DNA of 34,518 bases from a virus. Its lineage: Duplodnaviria > Heunggongvirae > Uroviricota > Caudoviricetes. Shown one piece after another: positions 1-8,187 of this stretch; the first letter of the stretch is position 1; every line of letters begins with the position of its first letter. The stretch lies in IMG/VR virus record IMGVR_UViG_3300029653_000081, positions 1 to 34,518 of that record; one strand, written 5' to 3'. A program made the translations under genes and the position numbers. The notes beneath the pieces were generated by a model. That model made no database searches, was not told the DNA's origin, and saw nothing but the letters and a program-made list of their open reading frames with translations.

Positions 1-126
1 CGGCATAACCTGAATCTGAGGCAGCACCTGGCACGGCTGGGACGGAAGTCGCTGTCGTTCTCAAAATCGGTGGAGCAGCATGACAAAGTCATCGGGCATT
101 ATCTGAACATAAAACACTATCAATAA
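1..126 (+). CDS. insB: IS1 transposase InsB, C-terminal 41 codons (5' part outside window)
   Basis: Translation [41 protein letters not shown] with TAA at 124-126. Confidence 0.8.
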   Translation, partial: RHNLNLRQHLARLGRKSLSFSKSVEQHDKVIGHYLNIKHYQ

Positions 127-141
127 GTTGGAGTCATTACC
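1..141 (+). mobile_element. IS1 insertion sequence, terminal portion (continues beyond the window start)
   Basis: Positions 121-141 (caataagttggagtcattacc) are the reverse complement of the IS1 terminal inverted repeat GGTAATGACTCCAACTTATTG; frame-1 translation of 1-126 is an InsB C-terminus ending ...[12 protein letters not shown]. Recognised from memory of IS1. Confidence 0.8.
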
Positions 142-305
142 CCATATGACGATAATATTTCGTTATATTCTTCAATAAGAGCTTTTCTTGTTTCCACTGA
201 ATTACAATCTACCTTCGAAAAGTCAACTTCATCAGCAAAAACATTAAATGTTAAAAAGGAAAGCACTAAAAACAAACGAATCAGCATAAATCCACTCCTA
301 CGCAT
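120..305 (-). pseudogene. Small signal-peptide protein gene, apparently truncated by the IS1 insertion
   Basis: ORF begins MRRSGFMLIRLFLVLSFLTFNVFA (signal-peptide-like). Its last six codons and stop (VMTPTY*) are read from inside the IS1 terminal repeat, so the native 3' end appears replaced. Confidence 0.5.
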
Positions 306-308
306 GGA

Positions 309-440
309 TTAATAGTCATTGATCGCAAAGGCGTAAACTTGCCAAAGGTATTTCGTATAATCGGTACAAATCTCCTTTACGCTTGATGCTGCATTAACAG
401 TCCCAGCCATAAATAATAACGATAGTAATAGTTTTCTCAT
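309..440 (-). CDS. Small secreted protein (43 aa) with predicted signal peptide
   Basis: ATG at 440 preceded by AGGTGAGG on the minus strand; translation MRKLLLSLLFMAGTVNA/ASSVKEICTDYTKYLWQVYAFAINDY*. Not in the ORF track (below its size cut-off). Lies upstream of the immunity-I region, where P1 has sim genes, but no homology is shown. Confidence 0.45.
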   Translation of the reverse strand: MRKLLLSLLFMAGTVNAASSVKEICTDYTKYLWQVYAFAINDY

Positions 441-536
441 TATAACCTCACCTGCCTTATAACCCATTTAGGGTACATATTTTCGCCTTTAAAAAAAAGA
501 GGTTATTAGATCCAATTGTGTATTTATTAAGCAGAT

Positions 537-553
537 AATGCTCTAATAAATTT
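537..553 (+). promoter_or_regulatory. C1 repressor operator (Op51-like) upstream of the c4-icd-ant operon
   Basis: AATGCTCTAATAAATTT matches the asymmetric 17-bp P1 C1 operator consensus ATTGCTCTAATAAATTT at 16 of 17 positions. Confidence 0.8.
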
Positions 554-724
554 GTATTTTTAAGTCACGAATGCTATCTTTTCGCATCATATTGACCTTT
601 TAATCGTTCAGGCTTATAGTTCCGCCGTCGTAGCAAATTCTGCGACCGGGTTTAGCAGCCTGAATGATTGTGCGGACAGCCGCAGATATCCGATATTGCG
701 GTATTTTTGTGTCCGTAAAACCGC

Positions 725-805
725 GTTACGCCCAAATTATGGTGGGGCGTGATGGGGAGGCTTCGGCCTGCTGGTTTCACAATCGCCAGTCTGCTAACCC
801 CGTCA
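725..805 (+). ncRNA. c4: c4 antisense RNA (immunity-I repressor RNA); boundaries approximate
   Basis: Segment 778-797 (cacaatc...ctgctaa) is antiparallel-complementary to two target pairs: ttagcag/gattgtg at 652-672 and again at 822-856. The downstream gattgtg overlaps the icd Shine-Dalgarno (gagg 855-858). A UUCG-loop hairpin lies at about 747-760. Confidence 0.55.
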
Positions 806-867
806 CGTCCTGCCACCTGTTTAGCAGCGGGTAGCAGGTTGTTAAACCTGATTGTGAGGCCGTAACT

Positions 868-1089
868 ATGGTTAATGCCAATCCTTGCGCACGCCCAGAA
901 TTCATCTGGCGTTTCTATTCCTGTAAAAAACACCACTATCACTTCGTTATCGCAGCAACTGAAGACGAAGCACGCTCTCAATTGCCTGATGGCCCCTGCA
1001 TTTTTACTGCCTGTTTTTCAACTAACTCGCGCAATTCACTTAGTTACTGGAGCCTCCCCTTCTCTGCCGACGTTCAGGGGGGTTTATGA
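868..1089 (+). CDS. icd: Icd-like protein (interference with cell division), 73 aa
   Basis: ATG at 868 with SD GAGG 9 nt upstream; stop overlaps the ant start (ATGA at 1086-1089). Position between c4 and ant matches the P1 immunity-I operon. Confidence 0.6.
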   Translation: MVNANPCARPEFIWRFYSCKKHHYHFVIAATEDEARSQLPDGPCIFTACFSTNSRNSLSYWSLPFSADVQGGL

Positions 1090-2129
1090 AAAAACCTCTC
1101 GTCACCCGTAATGACATAGCCGAAGCGATCGCCCTGCATACTGCCTGTATACCGACACGGGAGATCCCCGGCGCAATTGCCAACTATTTCATGATAACCA
1201 GGCGTTTTTATACCCGAACAGATAAGGCTGTGATCAACAGGCTACTGATAGCCGAGATCAGGGATTATTTGATTGAACAAGGACGTCTACGTTACGCAAC
1301 GGTGGCAGCAGAAATGAGAAAGGAGGCACATAGAATGACCAGTAATAATTTGAATGTTAAAAAACCAGCACCTGTTGCTTCAGCAACGCCAGCACCAGCC
1401 GTGAATGTCATCCCCACCACCGGAGACACAATCGACAGCCTGACACTGTTAAAGATGGTCAATGAAGCGCGTAAGTTATGTGGGGAACCAGAGGTTCGGA
1501 ACAACAAATTCATCGAAAAAATACTCGACGAATTAGAAGGTGAGGACGGTTACACAAAAAGTGCAACCGTGCCGCCAGGTGGCGGTACGCCTATGGTTGT
1601 CATAACCATGACCTACAAACAAGCCCTGCGAGTCGCCGCGCGCGAATCGAAAGCGGTCCGCCGTTCGCTGATCGACAAACTGGAAGAATTGCAGCAGGCA
1701 AACTCCCCTACCCCATCGATCCCCCAAACATTACCAGAAGCCCTACGCCTGGCTGCCGAGTTGGCAGAACAGAAATTGCAGCTGGAACAACAGCTGGTGG
1801 CCGCAGCCCCTAAAGTCGATTTTGCCGACCGGGTATCAGTGGCTAATGGAATCCTGATCGGGAACTTTGCAAAGGTCGTTGGACTTAAGCAAAACGCCCT
1901 TTTCTCATGGTTGCGCCAGAACGGCATTCTCATGGCTTTTGGTGCGCGCAAAAACGTACCGCGCCAGCAGTACATTAACGCCGGGTATTTCACGGTGAAA
2001 GAAGTGGTGCTGGATGATGAAAATGGCTACCAGATACGGCTGACGCCCCAATTAACGGGTAAAGGCCAGCAGTGGTTAACTCGCAAGCTACTTGATGCTG
2101 GTTTGTTAAAACCAGTAGCAATAGGTTAA
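1086..2129 (+). CDS. ant: Antirepressor Ant (Ant1; an internal in-frame start could give Ant2)
   Basis: 347 aa. C-terminal about 130 aa (PQTLPEALRLAAELAEQK...GKGQQWL) is paralogous to the KilA C-terminus at 2293-3093, i.e. an antirepressor C-terminal domain. Translationally coupled to icd. Confidence 0.75.
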   Translation: MKKPLVTRNDIAEAIALHTACIPTREIPGAIANYFMITRRFYTRTDKAVINRLLIAEIRDYLIEQGRLRYATVAAEMRKEAHRMTSNNLNVKKPAPVASATPAPAVNVIPTTGDTIDSLTLLKMVNEARKLCGEPEVRNNKFIEKILDELEGEDGYTKSATVPPGGGTPMVVITMTYKQALRVAARESKAVRRSLIDKLEELQQANSPTPSIPQTLPEALRLAAELAEQKLQLEQQLVAAAPKVDFADRVSVANGILIGNFAKVVGLKQNALFSWLRQNGILMAFGARKNVPRQQYINAGYFTVKEVVLDDENGYQIRLTPQLTGKGQQWLTRKLLDAGLLKPVAIG

Positions 2130-2137
2130 CAAAAGAA

Positions 2138-2166
2138 AAAACCTGCCAGCAAACTGGCAGGTTTCT
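2138..2166 (+). terminator. Stem-loop terminator after ant
   Basis: aacctgccag-caaa-ctggcaggtt perfect 10-bp stem followed by tct. Confidence 0.5.
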
Positions 2167-2206
2167 GAGCAGATCGACCAACCCGATCTGGATCGAGTCA
2201 GAAAAA

Positions 2207-2223
2207 TTTGCTCTAATAAATTT
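2207..2223 (+). promoter_or_regulatory. C1 repressor operator (Op53-like) overlapping the kilA-repL promoter
   Basis: TTTGCTCTAATAAATTT, 16 of 17 to consensus; TTGCTC is a -35-like hexamer with TATAAG/ATAAGT about 16 nt downstream. Confidence 0.8.
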
Positions 2224-2292
2224 CGTTTTATAAGTGCAAAGAATCACCATTTCGAGCTGGTGATTGAAGGTTGATGCAAATTTGGAGAAAAA

Positions 2293-3093
2293 ATGCAACA
2301 AACATTCAATGCGGATATGAATATATCAAACCTTCATCAAAATGTCGATCCTTCAACCACTCTGCCTGTTATTTGTGGTGTTGAAATTACGACCGACCGC
2401 GCTGGCCGTTACAACCTTAATGCTCTACACAGAGCGAGCGGACTCGGTGCCCATAAAGCGCCAGCTCAATGGCTAAGAACGCTGTCAGCCAAACAGCTCA
2501 TCGAAGAGCTTGAAAAAGAAACTATGCAGAATTGCATAGTTTCGTTCGAAGGCCGTGGCGGCGGCACTTTTGCCCATGAATTGCTCGCTGTGGAGTACGC
2601 AGGCTGGATTTCTCCCGCGTTTCGGCTGAAGGTAAACCAGACATTTATCGACTATCGAGCCGGAAGATTACAACCTGCTATTCCGCAGAGTCTCCCTGAA
2701 GCTCTCCGTTTGGCTGCCGACCTGGCAGAGCAAAAGCAACGGCTGGAGCAAAAAATGCTTATGGATGCACCTAAAGTCGAATTCGCCGAACGCGTTGCTA
2801 CCGCCAGCGGGGTTCTAATCGGCAACTATGCCAAAGTGCTCGGTCTGGGCCAAAACTATCTCTTCACCTGGTTGCGTGATAACGGAATTCTGATCGCAAC
2901 CGGTGAACGCAGGAACGTCCCCAAACAAGAATACATATCCCGTGGGTATTTCACCCTTAAAGAAACCGTGATCGATACAAGCAATGGAAGCAGGATTTCT
3001 TTCACGACTCGTATAACCGGCAAAGGTCAGCAGTGGCTGATGAAGCGATTGCTTGATGCTGGTGTGCTGGTACCTGTCGCGGCAACGCGCTAA
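2293..3093 (+). CDS. kilA: KilA (KilA-N domain protein of the lytic replicon operon)
   Basis: 266 aa; ATG at 2293 with GGAG SD. The C-terminus is paralogous to Ant. Position under the Op53-like operator and upstream of repL. Confidence 0.75.
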   Translation: MQQTFNADMNISNLHQNVDPSTTLPVICGVEITTDRAGRYNLNALHRASGLGAHKAPAQWLRTLSAKQLIEELEKETMQNCIVSFEGRGGGTFAHELLAVEYAGWISPAFRLKVNQTFIDYRAGRLQPAIPQSLPEALRLAADLAEQKQRLEQKMLMDAPKVEFAERVATASGVLIGNYAKVLGLGQNYLFTWLRDNGILIATGERRNVPKQEYISRGYFTLKETVIDTSNGSRISFTTRITGKGQQWLMKRLLDAGVLVPVAATR

Positions 3094-3122
3094 CAGACGT
3101 AGTAAGAACCACCAGCATTGTA

Positions 3123-3968
3123 ATGCTGGCTAAAGTCACTTTCCTGAGCTGTATAACGATGAGCGATTTTACTTTTTCTGGCTATGAATTGGCCTGCTTT
3201 GTAACACACTCCGGTCTATCCCGTAGCGCCGGGCATATCCTGTCGCAATGTGCAAATCTAGCGGCAACAACCAGTGAATACTTCATTCACAAGCCTCACC
3301 GCCTGATCGCGGCAGAAACTGGTTATAGCCAATCAACCGTCGTTCGTGCATTCCGTGAAGCTGTAAACAAAGGAATCCTGTCTGTAGAGATTGTTATCGG
3401 CGATCACCGTGAACGTCGCGCTAACCTGTACCGGTTTACACCATCCTTTTTGGCCTTCGCACAACAAGCCAAAAATGCGCTGATTGAAAGCAAATTAAAG
3501 ATCTCTTCAGCGGCAACCAAGGTTAAAGCTGTTCTCGCTAAGACATTGGCTTTATTTAATTTTTTATCCACACCCCCATGTCAAAATGATACCCCCTCCC
3601 CCTGTCAGGATGACGTGGCAATAAAGAATAAGAAGTCACAAGTTAAAAAAACAAAAAGATCAGTTTCCGGCGGTGCCGGAACGAGCAGACTCAAAAAATT
3701 GACTTCATGGATCGCTGAGGCAAAAGCAAAGGCTGACAATCTGCGGTTATCCAAAAAACGCGCTCAAAAACATGAGTTCAAGCAGAAAGTAGAGGCGGCA
3801 GCGCGGAAATATGCTTACCTGAAGAACAAGCGTTCTCCTGATATTGGCGGGGTATCAAACTTCGATAATCTGCCGCATTGCATGATGGTAAACGAAGCTC
3901 TTAATGCGGTTTTAGCCAAAAATAAAGATAACGAACAATGGGGTATACCGGCGGGATTCAGAGGGTGA
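3123..3968 (+). CDS. repL: RepL-like lytic replication initiator; start uncertain
   Basis: 281-aa ORF immediately downstream of kilA in the same operon. Assigned by synteny with the P1 lytic replicon, not by motif. Confidence 0.55.
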   Translation: MLAKVTFLSCITMSDFTFSGYELACFVTHSGLSRSAGHILSQCANLAATTSEYFIHKPHRLIAAETGYSQSTVVRAFREAVNKGILSVEIVIGDHRERRANLYRFTPSFLAFAQQAKNALIESKLKISSAATKVKAVLAKTLALFNFLSTPPCQNDTPSPCQDDVAIKNKKSQVKKTKRSVSGGAGTSRLKKLTSWIAEAKAKADNLRLSKKRAQKHEFKQKVEAAARKYAYLKNKRSPDIGGVSNFDNLPHCMMVNEALNAVLAKNKDNEQWGIPAGFRG

Positions 3969-4194
3969 TAGATTGCTCTAATCTGGAGTCACCTGGCGTT
4001 TTCAGTATGGATTTTCTTTGGCGCGGTCTGGCCATTAGGGATCATGTTTGCTGCAACATTTCTTCTGATGTGGATATTCACCCTTCCCGGTGATTTCTAT
4101 AGAAAAAAAGCCAGACATTGATACAATCATTGCGGGTGCTTGAGGCTATCTGCTTCAGGCATTACCCGAAAAGCAGATAGAAGAAAGCCCCAGA

Positions 4195-4255
4195 TAACAT
4201 TACGCGTCCTGCAAGACGCTTAACATTAATCTGAGGCAATATCTATGCTTAGCAT
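4195..4255 (-). ncRNA. sok: sok-like antisense RNA (position inferred)
   Basis: Expected opposite the mok translation initiation region. A minus-strand TTGACC -35-like hexamer is at 4284-4289. Boundaries are not determined. Confidence 0.3.
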
Positions 4256-4451
4256 ACGTAGATTAGCCTCTTACCGACCAAAAGGTCAAGGAGAAGCAGG
4301 CTATGAAGCAGCAAAAAGCGATATTAATCGCTCTGATCGTCATCTGTTTAACCGTCATTGTGACGGCACTGGTAACGAGGAAAGACCTCTGCGAGGTACG
4401 AATCCGAACCGGCCAGACGGAGGTCACTGTCTTCACAGCCTACGAATCTGA
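4245..4451 (+). CDS. mok: mok-like overlapping reading frame
   Basis: 68-aa ORF starting upstream of, and overlapping out of frame with, the hok-like CDS, as in hok/mok/sok loci. Confidence 0.45.
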   Translation: MLSIRRLASYRPKGQGEAGYEAAKSDINRSDRHLFNRHCDGTGNEERPLRGTNPNRPDGGHCLHSLRI

Positions 4452-4458
4452 AAGGTAA
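4303..4458 (+). CDS. hok: Hok/Gef-family type I toxin (51 aa)
   Basis: ATG at 4303, TAA at 4456. Translation MKQQKAILIALIVICLTVIVTALVTRKDLCEVRIRTGQTEVTVFTAYESER has the Hok hydrophobic helix and the conserved TRK.LCE.R...E...F.AYES pattern. Confidence 0.85.
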   Translation: MKQQKAILIALIVICLTVIVTALVTRKDLCEVRIRTGQTEVTVFTAYESER

Positions 4459-4532
4459 GAGACCTGGCGGGGAGAGATCCTCGCCACTCTTCGTGTGTCA
4501 GGTATCCTCAATGCACCCTTTCCTCTCCAAAT

Positions 4533-4556
4533 AAAAAAGCTCCCGAAGGAGCTTTA
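4533..4556. terminator. Stem-loop between hok (+) and the minus-strand structural genes
   Basis: aaagctcc-cgaa-ggagcttt with A-run on one side; on the minus strand it is followed by TTTTTATTT, so it likely terminates the minus-strand operon. Confidence 0.6.
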
Positions 4557-4574
4557 AAATACAAGGGATGACTC

Positions 4575-5084
4575 TTAATCCCACTCAATCCAGTTGTAGA
4601 CGATACGAAGTGACGGGCGCACAGCGGCAGTCACATCTTCGGTACTAAAGTCGATTGCATCACTGTAGATTTTGCAGTCCAACATTTCAATTGTTGTAGC
4701 AGCTTTTGTCACAGCGTTAACCCCGGAAGATTTGGATTCAGGGGTAGCAGCCATCGTGATATCAACATAGTCCTTCGCCGCAATGCGATCTTTAATGAAC
4801 TGAAGAATATCGCCTTCGATAGTCTCCACGCACTGGACCTGGATTTCCCCAGAGTTTCGAATTGGACCGTGCTGGTTGAACTTCACACCATTCGGACCAT
4901 AGTCCTCCACATCCTCGCGGGTCATTTCAGGAATTTGCGACGTGCGAACCAGTACGCTGATATCTTCATGGCCTGCAAAAGTGAGCTGGAATTCAGAAGA
5001 TACCAGTCGTTCGCCTTTGGCCGCGTTGGCAGTATAGCGGCCCTTAATAAATTTACGGTTTCCCTTAGTGTTATTGTGCCCCAT
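4575..5084 (-). CDS. Virion structural protein, possibly tail tube or baseplate (169 aa)
   Basis: Size and position in the minus-strand structural block next to the sheath-like gene. No diagnostic motif identified. Confidence 0.35.
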   Translation of the reverse strand: MGHNNTKGNRKFIKGRYTANAAKGERLVSSEFQLTFAGHEDISVLVRTSQIPEMTREDVEDYGPNGVKFNQHGPIRNSGEIQVQCVETIEGDILQFIKDRIAAKDYVDITMAATPESKSSGVNAVTKAATTIEMLDCKIYSDAIDFSTEDVTAAVRPSLRIVYNWIEWD

Positions 5085-5095
5085 ATAAAATCCTT

Positions 5096-5677
5096 TTACT
5101 GGAACGCCCGAACAATATCGGAGCTGTTATATATCGAAGAACCGGTCAACTGGAGGTTGACGGTGTTTTTCAGGAAATGTCCATTGCTGTCCCTGGGCGC
5201 ATCGAGATCGAAACTTATGTCCTGGATAGCGACATCAATGATGTTGATCCGGCGACCAATGTTTAGCGTCACACGCTCCGGGATTCGACCACCAATACTG
5301 GCATCTTTAAGTTCCGGGCTAATCATCGCTGACAATGCGGCGATAGCTCCTGAAACCTCCGTGAATGGGTCAAACAAAGCGATGAAAGTTACTGGCAGCG
5401 TGAAAGTCGGCGGTGTTCCCCCTTCCCAAACCATTAAGCTGTTCCAACGGGCAACCGACGTTGTTTCAGTACCAACCTGCGCAAAACCACTGAAGGCACC
5501 AGCAACAGATCCCATGGACATACCGGTAAACGGCGCTTCCCAATTCTGGGCCATGTTCATTGCCGCTCCCTGGCTGATATATCCGGTAACCTGGTACTGA
5601 GAGTTCGTTAAAGTAACTTTCAGATATGGCGATACACCGTCAGCCTGGCTGTAAACCCCATAAGGAATAGGTGCCAT
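5096..5677 (-). CDS. Virion structural or morphogenesis protein (193 aa)
   Basis: Co-oriented and tightly spaced within the structural block. Confidence 0.3.
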   Translation of the reverse strand: MAPIPYGVYSQADGVSPYLKVTLTNSQYQVTGYISQGAAMNMAQNWEAPFTGMSMGSVAGAFSGFAQVGTETTSVARWNSLMVWEGGTPPTFTLPVTFIALFDPFTEVSGAIAALSAMISPELKDASIGGRIPERVTLNIGRRINIIDVAIQDISFDLDAPRDSNGHFLKNTVNLQLTGSSIYNSSDIVRAFQ

Positions 5678-5712
5678 TCAAGTTAAAGGCCGGAGTTCTC
5701 CGGCCTCCTCCT

Positions 5713-6528
5713 TTAGCCAAGGCGCTTACGGCGCAGTTTCATTGACTTTTTGCGGGCAAGTTTTGCCGCGCCGGTCTGGGCTTTTCGACGCGCTTTTTTC
5801 AGCGCCGATTTTTGAGCCGCAGTCAGACGTTTTTTACGCAGGCGTTTACGGATGAGTTTGATCTCACCGTTACGAACAACCTTCTTAAATGCTTCAGTCA
5901 GCATTTCATCAGAAGTGCCAGCAACAACAAACGCCGCTTCCAGTTCGTCGCGGTCGTCGCTATCTAAACCAGCGATAGAGGCACCAACATCAGCAGCTGC
6001 GTCGTCGTCTTCATCGTCAGCCAGTGCTTCGATCAGGTCATCATCTACACCGCATGCTGCGAGGAAGTCAGCAACATTTGCCCATGCTTCGTTATAGGCA
6101 TCGTCCTGTTCTTCTGTAACTTCGGAGTCGTCGTCATCAGAGATACCAGCGATAGCCTGAACGAAACCATCAAGGGAGTCGAAAGTCAGATCACCGCTAT
6201 CAGCCCAGGCGAAAACGGCGTCGGCCGCATCACTCAACGCATTTTGCATAGCACTTCGATTTGCAGCTTCCAGAATCATCTGGTGCGCCTGTTCGACGGT
6301 CCATTCTTTACCGTCTTTCCCTTCCAGGATTTGCTCAGGAGCCTGGGCAGATGGAACGTTATCGTTAGTCTGTGCCGCCGGTTCCGGATTATTATTAATA
6401 ACCGGATCTGTTGGCGGTTCAGCGCTTGCTCGGGCAGACTCCATCAGCTGCACAGGATCAGAGTTCAAAGCGAAACGAGACAGTCCATTCCCCAAAAATG
6501 CCCCGGATTGAAAAAAGTTTTTGCTCAT
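5713..6528 (-). CDS. Highly acidic protein with a polybasic C-terminal tail (271 aa), function unknown
   Basis: D/E-rich middle region (DDDDSEVTEEQDD, ADDEDDDAAAD) followed by KLIRKRLRKKRL...RKKSMKLRRKRLG. Confidence 0.4.
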   Translation of the reverse strand: MSKNFFQSGAFLGNGLSRFALNSDPVQLMESARASAEPPTDPVINNNPEPAAQTNDNVPSAQAPEQILEGKDGKEWTVEQAHQMILEAANRSAMQNALSDAADAVFAWADSGDLTFDSLDGFVQAIAGISDDDDSEVTEEQDDAYNEAWANVADFLAACGVDDDLIEALADDEDDDAAADVGASIAGLDSDDRDELEAAFVVAGTSDEMLTEAFKKVVRNGEIKLIRKRLRKKRLTAAQKSALKKARRKAQTGAAKLARKKSMKLRRKRLG

Positions 6529-6537
6529 TGTATTCCC

Positions 6538-8127
6538 TTACTTAATAAGCAGCGGTACGCCCTGGATACGACGGGCTACGCCAGTCGGGCAGCAGGCCCA
6601 GACTACTTCCCATTTATCGAATTCCGCCTGCGTAACTTTCAGCACATACGGTTCTGTACCGTCAGCATCAGGATCACGAGGAGCCACCAGAGCGCCGGAG
6701 GCGACAAAGCGATCTAAAAGTTTGGTCATCCCTTTAGTCAGGCCAGCCGCAGTAATACCGTCCGGGCTATGCTTCATCTGTCGGGCTAACTGGACAAAGA
6801 AACGGCTGATTGCATTCATCAGGGATGGGACGTGCTGGAAGTGCAGATAGTTATCCTGCGTGCAGCAAGTTAAAGCATCGTCGATGATCATCTGGCCAGA
6901 GGTGCCAACAGATACTTTATTGAGACGGCCCTTGACCATTGCTTCTTCGTCCGGGGTATCTTCCGGATACAGCGGTTGAATTGACGCACGAGCAATGACG
7001 GCACGTTCTTCACCAGCCGGTGAGTAATGCCAACCGCCGACATCAGAGTTTTTCTTGACGCCACGAGCTTTCGCCGCATACGCCACGCCAGACAGACCAA
7101 AGACCACACGGGATTGGGTCCATTTGTCTTTGCAGGAGAACGGGTAGTGATAGACAGCACAGCTTACATAATCGGTACCAAGTAAACCGGTATCTTCAAC
7201 AGCAGAGATCGCTTCCGTGTACGTCAATGTCGGTTTGACATCAAAGAAGCCATCAATCAGGCGATCTGCACAGATTTTACCTAATGCGGTGATAGCCGCA
7301 TTGTCATAGCAGCCCAGGCCAAGAACAGCGGTGTACATGTACGGCGCATTATTCAGCACTTTAACCGCACGCAGGTACGCAGCGGTTGAGATTTTCGCCT
7401 GATCGCCGTTGGTACCGCCAGTGAACGCCAACGATTTTTTGTTTGTTACTTTCGCTGTCGAAATCAGCTCTTCATTAACAACCGCGCGCAGATATTTAGA
7501 ACGGGCTTCCAGAGCCGTAGGCAGATAACACAAGCGGCCCATGTCATCTTTCGCTTCTTCCGCCAAAGACACAGTGTGTGTCTCCAGGGTCGTTACCACG
7601 CCGAGCGAAGTCGTCTGGGTCAGTTTTAAGAGGAAGCGTTCATTACCCGCGCTGTCCGCTGTTGCCGTTTCGATGGTTAACTCACGGGTAGGTGAAATAC
7701 ACGGATCACCATCATCAACGTAGATAGCAAAGGCTTCGCCACTATCAAGTTCAATTTCAGAACCGTATGGCAACGCACTGTAAGCCGGTTCGCCTGATTC
7801 ATCGAACATAATAATCGGGAACTTCGCATCATCCGGAACAGCGCGAACAACATAACCAGACGTTTGCTGAATAGCTTCGTATACATGGCGAATTGGTTCG
7901 AACTGTGAGCCGGAAGACGGCTTCAGCGGTTCGCCGAGAACATCTTCGTAATTGGACTCAGTAACCGCAAGAACAGTAAACGGCTTGCCACGCGCAAATA
8001 CGCCAATACCAGCCCATAAGCTGCTATTTAATGCAACACCGGTAGATAACGTCGCATCGGCATTGATCGGGCTAACCGCGACGCCGGATGCATTACCTAA
8101 TGACTGTTGAATTGAATATTGAGACAT
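6538..8127 (-). CDS. Putative contractile tail sheath protein (529 aa)
   Basis: Size and position between the small structural genes and the capsid-like gene, as recalled for P1 gene 22. No motif check possible here. Confidence 0.4.
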   Translation of the reverse strand: MSQYSIQQSLGNASGVAVSPINADATLSTGVALNSSLWAGIGVFARGKPFTVLAVTESNYEDVLGEPLKPSSGSQFEPIRHVYEAIQQTSGYVVRAVPDDAKFPIIMFDESGEPAYSALPYGSEIELDSGEAFAIYVDDGDPCISPTRELTIETATADSAGNERFLLKLTQTTSLGVVTTLETHTVSLAEEAKDDMGRLCYLPTALEARSKYLRAVVNEELISTAKVTNKKSLAFTGGTNGDQAKISTAAYLRAVKVLNNAPYMYTAVLGLGCYDNAAITALGKICADRLIDGFFDVKPTLTYTEAISAVEDTGLLGTDYVSCAVYHYPFSCKDKWTQSRVVFGLSGVAYAAKARGVKKNSDVGGWHYSPAGEERAVIARASIQPLYPEDTPDEEAMVKGRLNKVSVGTSGQMIIDDALTCCTQDNYLHFQHVPSLMNAISRFFVQLARQMKHSPDGITAAGLTKGMTKLLDRFVASGALVAPRDPDADGTEPYVLKVTQAEFDKWEVVWACCPTGVARRIQGVPLLIK

Positions 8128-8187
8128 AACTTTCCCTGTTATGCGCCCCGCACGGGGGCGCTATGTTAAACGGAGAACTTCCCCTGA

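Noticed and set aside
875-1111. 78-aa alternative-frame ORF overlapping icd
   Set aside because: Out of frame with the icd ORF, which has the SD and the coupling to ant.
3972-3988. Possible additional C1 operator right after the repL stop
   Set aside because: Only the 5' 11 nt (ATTGCTCTAAT) match; the 3' half (CTGGAG) does not. Kept as a weak candidate only.
4869-5600. 243-aa plus-strand ORF
   Set aside because: Fully antisense to the minus-strand structural genes 4575-5084 and 5096-5677, which have better context; likely a shadow ORF.
8143-8161. GC-rich hairpin between the sheath-like and head-like genes, as a terminator
   Set aside because: No flanking U-tract on the minus strand; it lies inside an operon, so more likely an intercistronic structure.
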